DNA of 15,962 nt from an uncultured Methanosarcinales archaeon (GTDB lineage: Archaea; Nanobdellota; Nanobdellia; Woesearchaeales; ARS49), in NCBI GenBank assembly GCA_964637115.1, contig CAZWVL010000015.1:1-15962 (forward strand), given 5' to 3'. The translations under genes were made by a program, and so were the position numbers. Positions 14,217 to 15,962 of the stretch are shown piece by piece; positions within the stretch are counted from its first letter, which is position 1; each line of letters begins with the position of its first letter. A model generated the notes under the pieces. That model was not told the origin of the DNA and did no database searches. It was given only the letters and a program-made list of their open reading frames with translations.

Positions 14217-14831
14217 ATGGTGCAAAAAATCTACCTTTGCAGGCACGCCCAGTATGTCAAGTCCGATAATCCCGTAAAGCCCTCTACGCGCCAGGATCTC
14301 ACTGAGGATGGCAAAAGGCAATCCGGAGAATTGGGTGAGTATATTCGTCGTTTTGTGGACCCAGAATCAGCAATTTTCATAACTTCGACATTAGAACGCT
14401 CACTAAAGACTGCAAAAATTGTAGCGAAAAGTATGGGCACCCGTCTCAAAAAAGGAAACCATTATGCTATTAATGAACTAGGTGAAACTGACATCAAAGA
14501 CTACGTCCGCGACTATGTGAAAGCAGGTGGCGTGAAATCAATAGCAGATTATCCACGAAGTTATCTCAGCAAGCTGCCAACGTCGAGAACTGTGGCAAAT
14601 CGCATATCAGGCCATCTTATCAAATTAGGCGATAAGCATCCGGACAAGAGCTTAATCGCCATCTTGCACGGCATTATTAATGCTGCCTTCTTGCATCACG
14701 CAGATAACAGGAGAAAAAGCTGGTTAAATTATCGAATGGATTATTGCGAGTTGTGGGAACTTGAGCGCAAAGGTTCAAATATTGTTCCGCTCGTCCATAG
14801 ATTCCGCCCTATGGATTCAGAGCACATTTAA
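14217..14831 (+). CDS. Histidine phosphatase superfamily protein (PGM-like branch)
   Basis: IYLCRHA (RHG variant), LT..G..Q, STLERS..TA, ELGE, ILHG. Confidence 0.85.
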   Translation: MVQKIYLCRHAQYVKSDNPVKPSTRQDLTEDGKRQSGELGEYIRRFVDPESAIFITSTLERSLKTAKIVAKSMGTRLKKGNHYAINELGETDIKDYVRDYVKAGGVKSIADYPRSYLSKLPTSRTVANRISGHLIKLGDKHPDKSLIAILHGIINAAFLHHADNRRKSWLNYRMDYCELWELERKGSNIVPLVHRFRPMDSEHI

Positions 14832-14878
14832 AGGCAAATTGCGTCAAGTTTAAGAAAGACCACAATTATCCTCGCAAT

Positions 14879-15955
14879 ATGCATAAGAAAATAGGAATGC
14901 TTTTTGCACTTTTGTTGCTTGTTGCCTGCGCCGGCAAGACAGGCAGCGTAGTTCTGAATGCGTCTGTGGAAACAAGCGAAAATACTCTATTTGTCGACCC
15001 TTCCACAGTCCAGGACAAGCAGCTCGATTTTGAGAAAAGCTTGAAAGCTACTGGCACAATTACAAACAAGCGCGCGTTATACGAAGAATTCATTGACGTT
15101 ATCGGCGCAAATGGTATTCTTGATGGAATAGAAAAAGTGTATTCCGGCTGCCACAGCCAAGCTCATGACGCTGGAAAGGTGATTTTTGCAAGGGCCAAGG
15201 ACATTTCTACTGCTTTGCGCATCTGTGGTGATGCTTGTTACACCGGCTGCATGCACGGTGTGCTGATGGAAGTTTTCAAGGGCGCAGAGGGAGATGATGA
15301 AGATCATCACGTTGATATTGACAAGTTAAAACCGATGCTGCGCGACATTTGCTTGACGAATGCAGAAATGACGTCATCATATGGTCCTGGTGAGTGTGCT
15401 CATGGCGTTGGCCATTCTGTTATGTTCTTGAGCGGCTACCTTATTCCTGATGCTTTGGCAGCGTGTGCGAGTTTTGATGACAAGAAGATGGAATATTATT
15501 GTGCTGACGGTGCATACATGGAATATCTAACAGCAAAGGATGCTTCAGACAAGAGTTTGTTTCACCCTTGTGATTCTTTTGCTTATCCGGCTACTTGTAT
15601 GCGCACAAAAGTTGGTCTTGTGGGAAAGAAGCTGGACAAGGTTGGTCTTGATTTGGTGGCAGAGTGTAAGAAACTGGAAGGCAGAGTCCGTCTTGGCTGC
15701 TTCCACGGCATTGGAACTTCTCACGCAAAGATTTTCGTTCTTGGAAAACTGCACATCAAGGATGTCTGCGTTGGCTCTCATGATGAGCAGGTTGCCTGCA
15801 TTGAAGGTGCTGGAGAGTTTATGGGCAAGTACTTCCCTGAGAATGCTGAGAGCGTTTGTTCTGAGCTTAATAGCGATTTGAAGAATGTCTGCCTAACAGC
15901 AGGAAAGCATAAACTTTACAGTTTAGATAAAGATCTAAGTCTATATCTTGGTTAA
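14879..15955 (+). CDS. Cys/His-repeat lipoprotein of unknown function (358 aa)
   Basis: Lipobox LVAC; 16 further Cys; repeated C..C-x-[HDE]-G units (CMHG, CAHGVGH, CADG, CFHGIG, CIEG). Confidence 0.85.
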   Translation: MHKKIGMLFALLLLVACAGKTGSVVLNASVETSENTLFVDPSTVQDKQLDFEKSLKATGTITNKRALYEEFIDVIGANGILDGIEKVYSGCHSQAHDAGKVIFARAKDISTALRICGDACYTGCMHGVLMEVFKGAEGDDEDHHVDIDKLKPMLRDICLTNAEMTSSYGPGECAHGVGHSVMFLSGYLIPDALAACASFDDKKMEYYCADGAYMEYLTAKDASDKSLFHPCDSFAYPATCMRTKVGLVGKKLDKVGLDLVAECKKLEGRVRLGCFHGIGTSHAKIFVLGKLHIKDVCVGSHDEQVACIEGAGEFMGKYFPENAESVCSELNSDLKNVCLTAGKHKLYSLDKDLSLYLG

Positions 15956-15962
15956 TGCCGGG

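Noticed and set aside
1-15962. CRISPR arrays, transposases, phage or defence genes
   Set aside because: No regularly spaced repeats or recognisable mobile-element or defence proteins were found by eye.

Overview
Archaeal DNA: archaeal-type EF-1alpha and uS10, TATA-box promoters, a mix of leaderless and GGAGG/GGTGA-led genes, and a tRNA without encoded CCA. A DPANN/Woesearchaeota-like origin is my inference from protein style, not a database result. The window opens with tuf-rps10, lacking the usual upstream fusA, and contains tRNA-Ser(UGA). Most of the rest is a dense thiol-redox and metal-homeostasis neighbourhood: a ZIP transporter, two CcdA/DsbD-type membrane proteins, AhpC, a Met-rich thioredoxin lipoprotein, a DipZ-like redoxin, a wHTH plus small membrane protein pair, a His-rich exported protein and a Cys/His-repeat lipoprotein. 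Reading the gaps by hand gave four small ORFs missing from the ORF track. (1) A 26-aa, 8-Cys metallothionein-like peptide whose stop interlocks with the ZIP transporter stop (2745-2825). (2) A 17-aa poly-Lys/CxxC peptide with its own RBS inside a CcdA-like operon (6231-6284). (3) A 51-aa CxxC-x17-CxxC protein (8569-8724). (4) A 55-aa leaderless ORF (12354-12521). The first two are the best candidates for undescribed biology. No CRISPR array, transposase or integrase was seen.
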